Shown one piece after another: positions 33,474 through 43,682 of a stretch of DNA of 64,000 nt; the first letter of the stretch is position 1, and each line of letters opens with the position of its first letter. A program made the translations under genes and the position numbers. The stretch covers positions 2,639-66,638 of the forward strand of contig JAQVWL010000004.1 of the NCBI GenBank assembly GCA_028709705.1, written 5' to 3'. The notes under the pieces were generated by a model. That model was given only the letters and a program-made list of their open reading frames with translations. It did not search any database and was not told where the DNA came from. The stretch comes from Clostridia bacterium. GTDB taxonomy: Bacteria; Bacillota; Clostridia; Christensenellales; UBA1242.

Positions 33474-34898
33474 ATGAAAGAGTTTGATATAGTTATTGGG
33501 CTTGAAGTTCACGCCGAAGTCAACACAAATTCAAAGGTTTTTTGTTCTTGCAAAAACAGTTTTGGAGCAGAACCAAATACAAATTGTTGCCCCGTTTGCA
33601 TTGCCCTTCCGGGAGCATTGCCCGTTCTTAACAAAAAGGCGGTGGAATACACAATCAAGGCCGGGCTTTGTTTTGGCTGTCAAATAAACGACCTTGCAGT
33701 TTTTGAAAGAAAAAATTATTTTTATCCCGACCTTTCCAAAGCATATCAAATAAGTCAGTTGGTCAAACCTATTTGCTTGGGTGGCGGTATTAAACTTGAA
33801 AACGGAAAAGTTGCAAGACTTAACCGCATACACTTGGAAGAAGATGCGGGAAAACTTATTCACAAAAACCAAACTATTGGCACACTTGTTGACTATAATC
33901 GTGGCGGAATTCCACTTATGGAAATTGTTACCGAACCTGACTTTTCTTCATCGGCCGAAGTGTTAGAATTTTTGGAAAAACTTCGCAGAACACTTATTTA
34001 TGCCGGTGTGGCAAATTGCAAAATGGAGCAAGGCGGAATGCGTTGTGATGTTAACCTTTCAGTAAAAGAAAAAGGAAGCAACATTCTTGGAACAAGAACC
34101 GAAATGAAAAACCTAAACTCTTTTAAAATGGTAAAACGTGCAATTGAATATGAATCTAACCGCCAAATTGAAGAAATTAAAGCGGGCAACAAAATTGTGC
34201 AACAAACAAGAAAATGGGACGACAACAAAGGCAAAAGTTTTGCAATGCGAAGCAAAGAAAATTCAAACGATTATCGCTACTTCCCCGACCCTGATTTGTT
34301 AACCGTTGAAATTGAAAAAAATGATGTTGAAAATATAAGAAAAACAATTCCTGCCCTTGCACAAGACCGAATAAAAATTTACACAGAAAAATTTGGGCTT
34401 CCTGAATATGATGCAAAAATTTTGACAAACGAAAAATTTGTTTCAGATTATTTTGAAAATTGCCTTGCAATTAAAAACGAACCAAAACAAATTTCAAATT
34501 GGATAATGACAGATGTTTTAAAAGTTTTGAAAGAAAAACCTTGCGAAGACTTGAACGAAATTATAACCAAAGAAAATTTGACAACAATAATTGAACTTTT
34601 GGAAACAAAACAAATTTCAAGACCAAACAGTAAAGCACTTTTTGAACTTGTTTGTTTTGACACAAAAAATGCAAAACAAGTTGCAAAAGAAAATGGAATG
34701 TTAAATACTTTTAGTGATAAAGAACTTGAAAATGTTGTGCAAAAAGTTTTGAAAGAGTTTGACAGTGCAATGTCAGACTATGAAAAAACCCCAGAAAAAG
34801 TTGTAAAATTTTTTATTGGCAAAGTTATGCAATTAAGTAAAGGACTTGCAAACCCACAAATAGCAGAAAGATTGATAATTGAAAAAATAAACAAATAA
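33474..34898 (+). CDS. gatB: Asp/Glu-tRNA amidotransferase subunit B
   Basis: IGLEVH, RKNYFYPDL, HLEEDAG, DYRYFPDPDL. Confidence 0.97.
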   Translation: MKEFDIVIGLEVHAEVNTNSKVFCSCKNSFGAEPNTNCCPVCIALPGALPVLNKKAVEYTIKAGLCFGCQINDLAVFERKNYFYPDLSKAYQISQLVKPICLGGGIKLENGKVARLNRIHLEEDAGKLIHKNQTIGTLVDYNRGGIPLMEIVTEPDFSSSAEVLEFLEKLRRTLIYAGVANCKMEQGGMRCDVNLSVKEKGSNILGTRTEMKNLNSFKMVKRAIEYESNRQIEEIKAGNKIVQQTRKWDDNKGKSFAMRSKENSNDYRYFPDPDLLTVEIEKNDVENIRKTIPALAQDRIKIYTEKFGLPEYDAKILTNEKFVSDYFENCLAIKNEPKQISNWIMTDVLKVLKEKPCEDLNEIITKENLTTIIELLETKQISRPNSKALFELVCFDTKNAKQVAKENGMLNTFSDKELENVVQKVLKEFDSAMSDYEKTPEKVVKFFIGKVMQLSKGLANPQIAERLIIEKINK

Positions 34899-34973
34899 TT
34901 TAAAAAAAATAATTAATTTAATCAAAAATTAATTATTTTTTTATTATTTTAATTAAAATTTATTATTTTTTTG

Positions 34974-36110
34974 CTATTTTTTATATTTTATATTAACAAA
35001 AACATAAAAACCAACAAACAACAATATAACCAAACTTGCTCCAATCATTTTCAAAAACCAATCAGAATATAAAAATGTTTGCACTTGATTTGCTTCAAAA
35101 TTTTCTGCCGTAAAACTTTCATCGGTTAATAAATCAAAAGAAAAATTTGCAATCGTTGCAATATTCAAAAAAAACTTTTCGCCAAAAATTTCTTCTATTG
35201 TTTCAACACTATCGGTCGAGTGCATAATGCGTTCGTGATTTGTTGTTTCAAAAAAACCAAGTCCGTTTTTTGCATCAAGGTTACCCGCAAAAAAACTGAG
35301 TGAATTTATTCCTTGTTTTATAAAAGATGAATTGTCAGAATTGAGAGCAAGGTTTGAATAATTTATTCCATTGCTTGCAATGCTAGAAAAAAAATTTGTG
35401 TTTTTACTTTTGTTTATATTGGAATAATTTTGCCTTGCAAAAGTGTCTATCGCCCCGCCATACTTTGTGCCATAATCTGTGTGAAAATAATACAAATTGT
35501 CGCCCGCACCTACGCTGTCAAAATTGATTGAAAGCAAAATATTGTTTTTGATTTCATCGGGCAAATTGTTTGCAAAATATGTTGAACCCAAACACCCAAC
35601 TTCTTCTGCGCCATAAAAGCAAACAATGATGTTATAAGGCAAATCCGGCGTTTCTTTTAAAAAATTCGCCAAGCACAACACTGCCGAAACTCCACTGATA
35701 TTATCACTGTAACCATAAGAATTTTCTGCCACATAAACAGCATCATAATGAGCACCCAAAACAACAAAATTTGTTGAACCATTGTCTATCAAACCAACAA
35801 CATTTTGAGAAGTCAGATTTTTTGAAAAAGTAAATTCTTGCAAAAATGTTTCGGCATTATCAAGTTTTTCTAGTTCCAAATTTTCAAGTTGCGTTTGCAA
35901 ATTTTGTGCCATATTTTGTTCACCTACTGAACCCGCTGTTCTATTTTTTACATTTTCAAAATCGTTTACAAAAATTTCATTTGCATAAAATTGAACCAAA
36001 TTTGTCAAAGCTTCCAACCTAGAAACTTCTCCCGCAAAAATTGTTTTGGGACAAACAAAAAACTGTAAAGCAAAAATTATTCCCACTACCAAAATCAAAA
36101 AATTTTTCAT
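34974..36110 (-). CDS. Membrane-anchored M28-family metallopeptidase
   Basis: GAHYD, DNISG, AEEVGCLGS, NFDSVG, SDNSSF, MHSTD; signal peptide and C-terminal TM. Confidence 0.85.
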   Translation of the reverse strand: MKNFLILVVGIIFALQFFVCPKTIFAGEVSRLEALTNLVQFYANEIFVNDFENVKNRTAGSVGEQNMAQNLQTQLENLELEKLDNAETFLQEFTFSKNLTSQNVVGLIDNGSTNFVVLGAHYDAVYVAENSYGYSDNISGVSAVLCLANFLKETPDLPYNIIVCFYGAEEVGCLGSTYFANNLPDEIKNNILLSINFDSVGAGDNLYYFHTDYGTKYGGAIDTFARQNYSNINKSKNTNFFSSIASNGINYSNLALNSDNSSFIKQGINSLSFFAGNLDAKNGLGFFETTNHERIMHSTDSVETIEEIFGEKFFLNIATIANFSFDLLTDESFTAENFEANQVQTFLYSDWFLKMIGASLVILLFVGFYVFVNIKYKK

Positions 36111-36619
36111 AACACACCCCCCATCACAGTTTGCAAAAACAAGTAAACAAAAACAAAACTAAAATAAGTCATACACAAATCTTTGTTTGCAATTTTGGAA
36201 AAATAATATTTTTTTAGTAAATAAAAAACATAAACAAAAAAAGCAAAAGAAATTAATATAGTAATTATTAACATCAAAAAAATAGTAAAAAAATTAATTA
36301 AAATTAATATTTTAAATAAAATAAATAATAAAATATTAAAAATAATACAAAAAACCCTAAAAATATTAATAAATTGATTTATATTTATATATTTTTCTAT
36401 TTTTGGTTTTAAACCGCTATAAAAAAAACTGACTAGCAATTCAAACAGCAACCAATAAAAAACTCCAACACCCAAGACTAACAACAACGACAAAAAAATT
36501 CCGTTTACAGAATACAAGGTCGAGGCGTTAGAAAATTTTATTAAAGCAAAAGAAAAAATAACGCCCAAAATCAAAACATATTTTTTCCATTTTTCAAAAT
36601 CTGCTATTTTTTTTATCAC
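36107..36619 (-). CDS. Hypothetical multi-pass membrane protein
   Basis: About 5 hydrophobic helices; overlaps both neighbours by 4 nt. Confidence 0.65.
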   Translation of the reverse strand: MIKKIADFEKWKKYVLILGVIFSFALIKFSNASTLYSVNGIFLSLLLVLGVGVFYWLLFELLVSFFYSGLKPKIEKYININQFINIFRVFCIIFNILLFILFKILILINFFTIFLMLIITILISFAFFVYVFYLLKKYYFSKIANKDLCMTYFSFVFVYLFLQTVMGGVL

Positions 36620-37584
36620 TCTGCTTTCCCCTTTATTATTTCAACAATTCCAAAAACCAAAAAATACATTGCGTTTTCGCTTGCCATTTTTCCATCTTTT
36701 ATTTTGTAATCAACTTCCAAAATCAGTTCGTTGATTTTTATCAGTTGAAGTGGTTTCAAATTTTTTGCTTGCTGTTTTGCTTTGATAATTGCAAATTCTT
36801 TTACACCCAAAAAATTTGCAATGTTTGCGGTTGTGTCATCAGACAAAACCGAAAATAACATTCGCCTAAAATGTGAAGATATCAACCCCAAAACAACAGA
36901 AAATTCCATTGTTTCTAACATCTTGTTTAGCAAATTTATTGCCTTGTCGCCTTGCCCAAAAGTTAAGGCAGTTGAAATTTCAAACACAGTGAACTCATCA
37001 GTTTTTGCTACAAGTTTTTTCACTGCTTCAACAGTTATTGTTTTTTGATTGTCAAAAAAAGCAAGTTTTGTTAGTTCGTTTTTTATTTTCAAAAGGTCTT
37101 TTGCACAAAACTCCAAAAGCAAATCTATGGCAGATTTTTCTATTTCTTTTCCATATTCTTTTAAAATATTTTCTACTATTTTTGCAAGTTCAAAACTTTC
37201 TAGTTTTTTGCAATCAACTTTTTCGGCATCTATTTTTCCAAAAATATTTAAAGTTGGAACTTCACACAAAACCAAAACGCTATCTTCTGCTGGGTTTTGT
37301 GAATATTCTTGCAACCTTTTTATGTCTTTTTCATTGGCTTTTAATATATTTTTGACCAATATATAACGTTTTTTTGCCATAATTGGTAATTGTTCGCACG
37401 ACTGAATTATTTTTTCTGCCATAAAATTTTCATCATTAAAAATTGTTTTGTTAAGGTCGGGCAAGGCAATTTGACAAGCATTTTCAATCATTTTGCAAGC
37501 ATTTTCCATAACCAAAATATCATCGCCAATTATGTGATAAATATTTTTTATTGTATTTTTTAAATTTTCTTGCAAATATTTCAA
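36616..37584 (-). CDS. holA: DNA polymerase III delta subunit
   Basis: QLP.MAKKR, NEL.KL, DYKIK.G; position after comEC. Confidence 0.9.
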   Translation of the reverse strand: MKYLQENLKNTIKNIYHIIGDDILVMENACKMIENACQIALPDLNKTIFNDENFMAEKIIQSCEQLPIMAKKRYILVKNILKANEKDIKRLQEYSQNPAEDSVLVLCEVPTLNIFGKIDAEKVDCKKLESFELAKIVENILKEYGKEIEKSAIDLLLEFCAKDLLKIKNELTKLAFFDNQKTITVEAVKKLVAKTDEFTVFEISTALTFGQGDKAINLLNKMLETMEFSVVLGLISSHFRRMLFSVLSDDTTANIANFLGVKEFAIIKAKQQAKNLKPLQLIKINELILEVDYKIKDGKMASENAMYFLVFGIVEIIKGKAE

Positions 37585-39686
37585 TTTACGCTCCTTATGT
37601 TTGTTATTGTATCATTTTCAAAACCAAAAGTAAAGGAACCGCTTATCATTGTGGCAAAATTTTGCAAATCTGTTGTGCTGATTTTATATTTTGACGCAAT
37701 CATTTTGTAATCAAAAACACCCAAATAACCTTGCGACAAATTTTTGGTATAAAGTAAATCAATGTCATAATTTTGCAACTCCGTTTGCAATGTTTGGGCT
37801 TGAACACTGCCAATCAAATTGATTGCAAACAAAACACCAAAGTCGCCCGTTTTGACATAAACTGCCTTTGTTATGTCATTTTTTGTCAAAAATTCTATTT
37901 CAAAATCGCCGATTTGGGTCAAGTTTTCCAAATTGAAAATTATGTTTTCCACTTGAAAAAGTTTAACAAAATTGCCAAAATCTTCGCCACAATTTGTAGT
38001 TACAATCAAGGTATCAATTTTGCCAAGCCTTTTATATTTTAAAAAACTTTTGACATAATCCAGGTCCTCTGTTCCGCCTATCATAAGCACTTCGCCATTT
38101 TGGGTTGTCATTATTGCACACGCATCTTGCGAATTTAGTTGAGTGTAAGAAAAATTTTGTGGTGTAATTGGCGAGCAAAAAGACAAAGTCAAAACACCGC
38201 AAACACTAATAATAACGCAAATTGAAACAAGTTTTTTCCAAAATTTTACAAGAAAAAATCTACTTAACAAAAACAAACACAAATAGAACGCAACAATTCC
38301 GCCAATGTTAAAAACAACAAGACTGACAATTGCCCAATCTATGCTTGCAAAAAAATTTGCCAACAAAATTATTGTTTGAAAAATAATATTTGGAAGCATT
38401 AACAAAAAACCAAAAAAAGAAAAAATGCCAACAAAAATTGTTAACAAGAACAAAAACATATATCCAAGTGCAAAAATTGGTATGCAAATCAAGTTTGCAA
38501 GCAAGGAAAAAAGTGAAAGTTGATTGAAATAGATTGCAAGCAAGGGTAAAATTGCTAGCGTGGTGCAAAGGTCAATCGCCATTGCATCTGCAACTTTGTG
38601 CGGTATTTTGATTTTGACAAAAAACTTTGAAAAAGATTTGAAAAACAAGGCAATGGAAAGCACGCTTACAAAACTCATCAAAAAGCCAGCATCAAAAACA
38701 TACAACGGCCAAATCAGCAAAATTATTATCCCCGCAATGCCAACAGAGTTCAAAAGGTCATACTGCTTGCCAAAAATTTTTGTTGCCAAAAAGGCAATAC
38801 ACATTATTGAAGCACGAACTATCGAAGCAGAAAACTGACAAAAATAACAATAAACAAACAATATTAAGGCAATATAAATAAGTCTTTTTATGCCTTCACA
38901 TTTCAATTTTTTGAAAAACCAAAACAAAATTGCAACCAAAAAACCAATATGCAAGCCCGAAACCGCAAGCAAATGAGCAATCCCCGAAACACTAAAATTA
39001 GATTTTACTGTTTGGTCAAGGTCCGTTTTGTCGCCAAATATTATGGAATATGCAAGACTTGCCGTCGTACTTGACATATTGGCAAAAAAAATTTGTTTTA
39101 TGTACTGCTTAAATTGTTCCACAAGGGTTAAGTTCCCCGCCTGCACTGTTAAATCGGCAATGTTTACAAACGCATAATACGGTGTGTTGTCTTTGTAAAT
39201 ATACGAGTTAAAAAGTCCGTTTTCAAAAATTTGGTAGTTATAAAGTTGGCAATCAAAAAGCAAATAATTGCCTGTTTTTATGCTATCATTTTCACTACTT
39301 ACATAGATGCAAACGCTTATATTGCTGTCGTTTTTTCCATCAATTTGCACATTTTCTAGGGTCACATAAGAATAAGTATCAGCCTTGTAAATATCGCTAC
39401 TTATTCTGCCATAAATTTGAACATCTTTGCCTGCATAATTTGTGCCAGAAAAAATTGTAAAATCCATATAAAAAAAGCCAAGTCCAACCACAAAAGCAAC
39501 AAAAACGCAAACAAGTTTTTTAAGGCATTTTTTGTAATAACAAAGCAAAAACAAAATAATTGCACTTATGCACACAAATGCAATTATCAAAAAATTTGAT
39601 GAAAAAATATAATTTGCAAAACCTATTCCTACTGCAAAAGCCAAAAAACAATAAAATAATGGTCGAAAATTTATTATGCGGGGCAT
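37581..39686 (-). CDS. comEC: Competence protein ComEC with degenerate C-terminal MBL domain
   Basis: GIAHLLAVSGLHIG, S..RA.IM, DAGFLMSF, ANL..IP. Confidence 0.9.
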   Translation of the reverse strand: MPRIINFRPLFYCFLAFAVGIGFANYIFSSNFLIIAFVCISAIILFLLCYYKKCLKKLVCVFVAFVVGLGFFYMDFTIFSGTNYAGKDVQIYGRISSDIYKADTYSYVTLENVQIDGKNDSNISVCIYVSSENDSIKTGNYLLFDCQLYNYQIFENGLFNSYIYKDNTPYYAFVNIADLTVQAGNLTLVEQFKQYIKQIFFANMSSTTASLAYSIIFGDKTDLDQTVKSNFSVSGIAHLLAVSGLHIGFLVAILFWFFKKLKCEGIKRLIYIALILFVYCYFCQFSASIVRASIMCIAFLATKIFGKQYDLLNSVGIAGIIILLIWPLYVFDAGFLMSFVSVLSIALFFKSFSKFFVKIKIPHKVADAMAIDLCTTLAILPLLAIYFNQLSLFSLLANLICIPIFALGYMFLFLLTIFVGIFSFFGFLLMLPNIIFQTIILLANFFASIDWAIVSLVVFNIGGIVAFYLCLFLLSRFFLVKFWKKLVSICVIISVCGVLTLSFCSPITPQNFSYTQLNSQDACAIMTTQNGEVLMIGGTEDLDYVKSFLKYKRLGKIDTLIVTTNCGEDFGNFVKLFQVENIIFNLENLTQIGDFEIEFLTKNDITKAVYVKTGDFGVLFAINLIGSVQAQTLQTELQNYDIDLLYTKNLSQGYLGVFDYKMIASKYKISTTDLQNFATMISGSFTFGFENDTITNIRSVN

Positions 39687-39765
39687 TGTTACTCCACTTC
39701 AACATCGCATTTAAAAAATTTTTGTGTTTCCATTATAAATAAAAGAAGAACAACTTGCGTTGTTT

Positions 39766-40887
39766 TTACAATTTTTTGATAAAACATCTTCTTTCTTTAT
39801 GTTGAACGTGATCAAAATTTTTCCACGTTTGTTGAATTTTTAGATTGTCTTCAAGGTTAAGATTTGTTTCGCAATATTCCAACTTGTCTTTTATCATAAC
39901 GCCCATAATGTGTTTTAAAATAACCGCCGTCAAGCCCTTGCCTTGATATTCCGTTCTAACGCCAACAAGCCCAAAGTCTGCAACTTTGCAATGGTTCACT
40001 GCTCTTAAAAGTCTGATTATGCCAAACGGTGTCAATCTGCCTTTTGACTTGCGAATTGCGTTTGAAAGTGAAGGCAACGCGAAACCGAATGCAACAACTT
40101 TGTCGCTTTCGTCCACAATCACAACAACATATTTCAATTTTATAAAAAGTTTGAATTGCGAAATAATCTGGTCGCGAAGTTTTTCAGTGAAAGGAACAAC
40201 GCCATACAAACTGCCATACGCTTCGTCCAAAACTTCAAAAATGCCTTGCTTGTAATGGTCAATAAATTTTTTGGTGCTTTTTCCTATTGCAAGTTTGAGT
40301 TTGTATCTTTTTAAAACCGCTTCAGAAAGTCGGCAAACTCTTGGGTCTAACTCTTTTGGCGGAAAAATTTTGTATTCTAACCAATCAATTTCCTTGCCAT
40401 AACCGCATTTTTCTATAAGTGTTTGATAATAAGGAAAGTTGTATTGCTCTTCAAAAGTTGACATATAATCAAACCCGCCAATCAAAAGACCTTCTCGGTC
40501 TAAATCGTTGAAGCCCAAAGGTCCGTGAACGGTATTCATTTTGTTTTCTTTTGCCCAATTTTCTACCGCATTGAACAAAGCGTCTGCAACTTCTTGGTCG
40601 TTGACTGCATCAAATCTGCTAAACCTAACACGCGCTTCGCCTGTTTTTTGGTTATACAATTTTTGAACAATACCCGCTATTCTGCCAACAAGCAAGTTGT
40701 TTTTATAAGCCAAAAAATATATGGCATCACAATCATCATAAGACACATTTTTTTTGCGGTTGAAGAGATTTAACTCATCACATCTTAACGGATGCACATA
40801 ATTTGCACAATTTTTATAAAGTTTTGTCGGAAAGTCGACAAACAATTTTTGTTGTTTTTTTGTTTTTACTTCTTCTATTTTAATCAT
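39766..40887 (-). CDS. YghO-like tandem GNAT acyltransferase (bacterial ceramide synthase-like family)
   Basis: FVDFP..LY...YV.PL, FLAY....VGRIAG, GPLGF.D.DREGLL..GFD, YNFPYY, GV..EYQGKG, LEDN. Confidence 0.75.
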   Translation of the reverse strand: MIKIEEVKTKKQQKLFVDFPTKLYKNCANYVHPLRCDELNLFNRKKNVSYDDCDAIYFLAYKNNLLVGRIAGIVQKLYNQKTGEARVRFSRFDAVNDQEVADALFNAVENWAKENKMNTVHGPLGFNDLDREGLLIGGFDYMSTFEEQYNFPYYQTLIEKCGYGKEIDWLEYKIFPPKELDPRVCRLSEAVLKRYKLKLAIGKSTKKFIDHYKQGIFEVLDEAYGSLYGVVPFTEKLRDQIISQFKLFIKLKYVVVIVDESDKVVAFGFALPSLSNAIRKSKGRLTPFGIIRLLRAVNHCKVADFGLVGVRTEYQGKGLTAVILKHIMGVMIKDKLEYCETNLNLEDNLKIQQTWKNFDHVQHKERRCFIKKL

Positions 40888-40973
40888 AACTCAATTATAA
40901 TCTTTTCGACAAAAAAAATCAAACAAATATCAAAAAATATAATTTGCGTTTTGGAAATATAATATCAAAATAT

Positions 40974-41003
40974 GTTATAAAAAAACAAAATTAATAATAT
41001 ATT
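40974..41003 (+). promoter_or_regulatory. SigmaE-like promoter of spoVB (leaderless geometry)
   Basis: gttATA-16 nt-aATAtatT, then 6 nt to the ATG; no SD. Confidence 0.5.
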
Positions 41004-41009
41004 TATTCT

Positions 41010-42542
41010 ATGAAATCTTTGTTTAAAGCAGTTGCACTTATTACTTTTTTTACCATAATAACCCGTTTTTTAGGGTTTTTATTTCGCATTTATTTGTCAA
41101 GAAAAATTGGTGCAGAAGCTCTGGGATTGTTTCAAGTTTCGTTTTCTGTGTTTTTGGTTTTGCTTACTTTTGTTGCAAGCGGTTTGCCACTTATAATATC
41201 AAAACTTTCCGCCAGTCTGCATAGCAAAAACAAAATAAAAGAAGAAAGGTCAATGGTGGCAAGTGCGTTGATTTTGTCTTTGATTATTGCACTTGTCACT
41301 TGCCTTGTTGTGTTGCTTTTCAACAAAGTTTTGGGGGCAATTTTTACAGACGAAAGATGCGTTTTGATTTTGATACTTTTGTTGCCTGCTGTTATTTTTA
41401 GTGCAATTTATTCAACTTTTAGGGGTTATTTTTGGGGACATTCCAACTATTTTGGGCTTTGCGTTGCAGAACTTTTTGAACAAGTTGCAAGAATTTTTAT
41501 ATTTGTTTTGATGATTGGGGGAACTTTAACCGTTTTAGATGGTGCAATAACCGCCGCCGTTTCGCTTACCATTGCTTGCTTTTTGTCTGCTATTTTTGTC
41601 ACTATTTTGTATTTTGTATATGGTGGCAGACTTGCAAAACCAAAAGATTTTTCAAAAGAATTGATAAAAACTTCAACGCCCATAACAAGTGTTAGGGTCG
41701 CTTCAAGTCTTATTCAACCAATCATTGCAATTATCATACCTTTGCGACTTGTTGCTTCTGGTATGTCGGGCGGTGATGCTCTTGCCATTTTTGGAATTGC
41801 TTTTGGTATGACAATGCCTTTTTTGTTTATACCTTCGGCACTTATTGGGTCTTTAAGTATGGCGCTTGTGCCGGACCTTTCAACCGCTGTAACGCAACAA
41901 AACACAAAACACGTAGAAAGCAGAATTTCTTCTTCTATTGTTATAACTTTGTTTATTTCATGCTTTTTTGTTCCGCTTTATATGGGTGCGGGCGAAAACA
42001 TTGGCATTTTCTTTTTTGATAATGTTGAAAGCGGAAAACTTTTGGTAAATTCTGCTTGGATAATGATACCAATTGGCATAACAAATATCACTTCTTCAAT
42101 TTTAAATGCACTTGGTTATGAAATAAAGTCAATGAAAAACTATATTTTGGGAGCAGTTTTGATGCTTGTTGCAATCTGGTTTTTGCCAATATATATTGGC
42201 ATTAATGCGGTTATTGTTGGAATGGGACTTTGTATGGCCTTGGCAAGTCTTTTGAATATAAAAATGATAAACAAAATAACAACTTCAAAGGTAAAAATAA
42301 CAAAACCACTGCTACTGATTTTGTTGCTTTCTATCCCTGTGGCAAGTTTGACAAGTTTTACTACCAACATCCTTAACCATTTTTTGCCACTTTTTGTCAA
42401 CCTTACAATTTCGTGTTCTTTGGGTGCATTTTTCTTTTTGATACTTTGCCAAACTTTTGATTTGATTGACATAAAAATATGGCTTGTTGGAATGAAGGAA
42501 AAATTTTTTAAAAAGCGAAAAAGCATAACAAAAACTGCATAA
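41010..42542 (+). CDS. spoVB: SpoVB/MurJ-like MOP flippase (stage V sporulation protein B-like)
   Basis: TRFLGFLFRIYLSRKIGAE.LGL.Q, SGLP..ISK, EQVARI, IP.RL..SG, SLS.ALVP.LS; many TMs. Confidence 0.8.
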   Translation: MKSLFKAVALITFFTIITRFLGFLFRIYLSRKIGAEALGLFQVSFSVFLVLLTFVASGLPLIISKLSASLHSKNKIKEERSMVASALILSLIIALVTCLVVLLFNKVLGAIFTDERCVLILILLLPAVIFSAIYSTFRGYFWGHSNYFGLCVAELFEQVARIFIFVLMIGGTLTVLDGAITAAVSLTIACFLSAIFVTILYFVYGGRLAKPKDFSKELIKTSTPITSVRVASSLIQPIIAIIIPLRLVASGMSGGDALAIFGIAFGMTMPFLFIPSALIGSLSMALVPDLSTAVTQQNTKHVESRISSSIVITLFISCFFVPLYMGAGENIGIFFFDNVESGKLLVNSAWIMIPIGITNITSSILNALGYEIKSMKNYILGAVLMLVAIWFLPIYIGINAVIVGMGLCMALASLLNIKMINKITTSKVKITKPLLLILLLSIPVASLTSFTTNILNHFLPLFVNLTISCSLGAFFFLILCQTFDLIDIKIWLVGMKEKFFKKRKSITKTA

Positions 42543-42565
42543 AAATAAAGAAAAATAAAATAATA
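42537..42565 (+). promoter_or_regulatory. SigmaG/F-like promoter of the DUF421-DUF4363 pair (leaderless geometry)
   Basis: GCATA-17 nt-aATAATA, then 5 nt to the ATG. Confidence 0.5.
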
Positions 42566-42570
42566 GGTAT

Positions 42571-43290
42571 ATGTTAACCTTAATTATTAGGGCAATAATA
42601 GTTTATTTGCTAGTTTTGGTTGTGTTTAGAATAATGGGCAAAAGGCAACTTGGGCAAATGCAACCATTTGAACTTGTTTTGACACTTATTATTGCTGACC
42701 TTGCCACAATACCTATGGCAGAGTCATCAATACCAACTCTGAATGGCGTGATTCCACTAATAACTCTTGTTGTGGTGCATTTTTTGTTGACTTATTTTTC
42801 CAAAAAGAGCAACAAAATTAGTCAAATAATAAGTGGAAAACCAATTGTTATTGTTAACCCAAACGGAATAGTTTTTGATGCACTTCAACAACTTGATATT
42901 TCTATTGACGACCTTTTTGAAGCAATAAGAAGTGCGGGATATTTTAAACTTGAAGAGGTGCAATACGCCATTATGGAAACAAATGGCACAGTAAATGTTT
43001 TGCCAAAATCTGCATTTGCCACAGTTACAAACAATGATTTGAAAATAAAAACCGAAGAAGCAACAATGCCTTTTTCTATTATTTGCGAAGGTGGATTGCT
43101 AAAAGAAAACTTAAAACTTGCAAAAATAAACGAAAATGAAGTTTTGAAAATTTTGAAAAAAGCACGCATAGAAAATATAAAAAATGTGCTTGTCTTAACG
43201 CTTGACAAACAAGGAAATTGCTATATTCAAGAAAAAAATAAACCCTTTCAAACTTTGAAAACAAGTTATAAAGGGGGGAATTTGACATAA
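42571..43290 (+). CDS. DUF421 (YetF/YdfS-like) spore membrane protein
   Basis: RIMGKRQLGQMQPFELV, IADLA..PM, AIMETNG.V.V. Confidence 0.88.
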   Translation: MLTLIIRAIIVYLLVLVVFRIMGKRQLGQMQPFELVLTLIIADLATIPMAESSIPTLNGVIPLITLVVVHFLLTYFSKKSNKISQIISGKPIVIVNPNGIVFDALQQLDISIDDLFEAIRSAGYFKLEEVQYAIMETNGTVNVLPKSAFATVTNNDLKIKTEEATMPFSIICEGGLLKENLKLAKINENEVLKILKKARIENIKNVLVLTLDKQGNCYIQEKNKPFQTLKTSYKGGNLT

Positions 43291-43682
43291 TGGCAAAAAG
43301 ATATGTTTATGTTTTTATTATCGTCGCAATTTTGATTTTTGTTTGTGTTTGGGAACAACTGATGATAACAAACTATTTGTCAAATATGCAAACAAAAATA
43401 ACAAATGTTATTTCTATTGTGGAAGATGAAACTGACATAAACACAACACAAATTTATGGTTTGGTTGAAGATTTGGAAAACACTTGGGACGGATATCAAA
43501 CAGCACTTTGCTATCTTGTAAACCTTAAAGATGTTGAAGATATTGGTATTGAACTGACAAAAATGAAAATATACATTGTAGAAAATTCAGTAACTGACTT
43601 TAAGGCAAGTTTGTCACTTTTGTTGTTTTATATTGATGGATATTACAATCTTATGGGTATCTCTTTCCAAAATATTTTTTGA
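43290..43682 (+). CDS. DUF4363-like protein
   Basis: N-terminal TM, W......L...VN, C-terminal S.QNIF; usual partner of DUF421 in Clostridia. Confidence 0.7.
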   Translation: MAKRYVYVFIIVAILIFVCVWEQLMITNYLSNMQTKITNVISIVEDETDINTTQIYGLVEDLENTWDGYQTALCYLVNLKDVEDIGIELTKMKIYIVENSVTDFKASLSLLLFYIDGYYNLMGISFQNIF

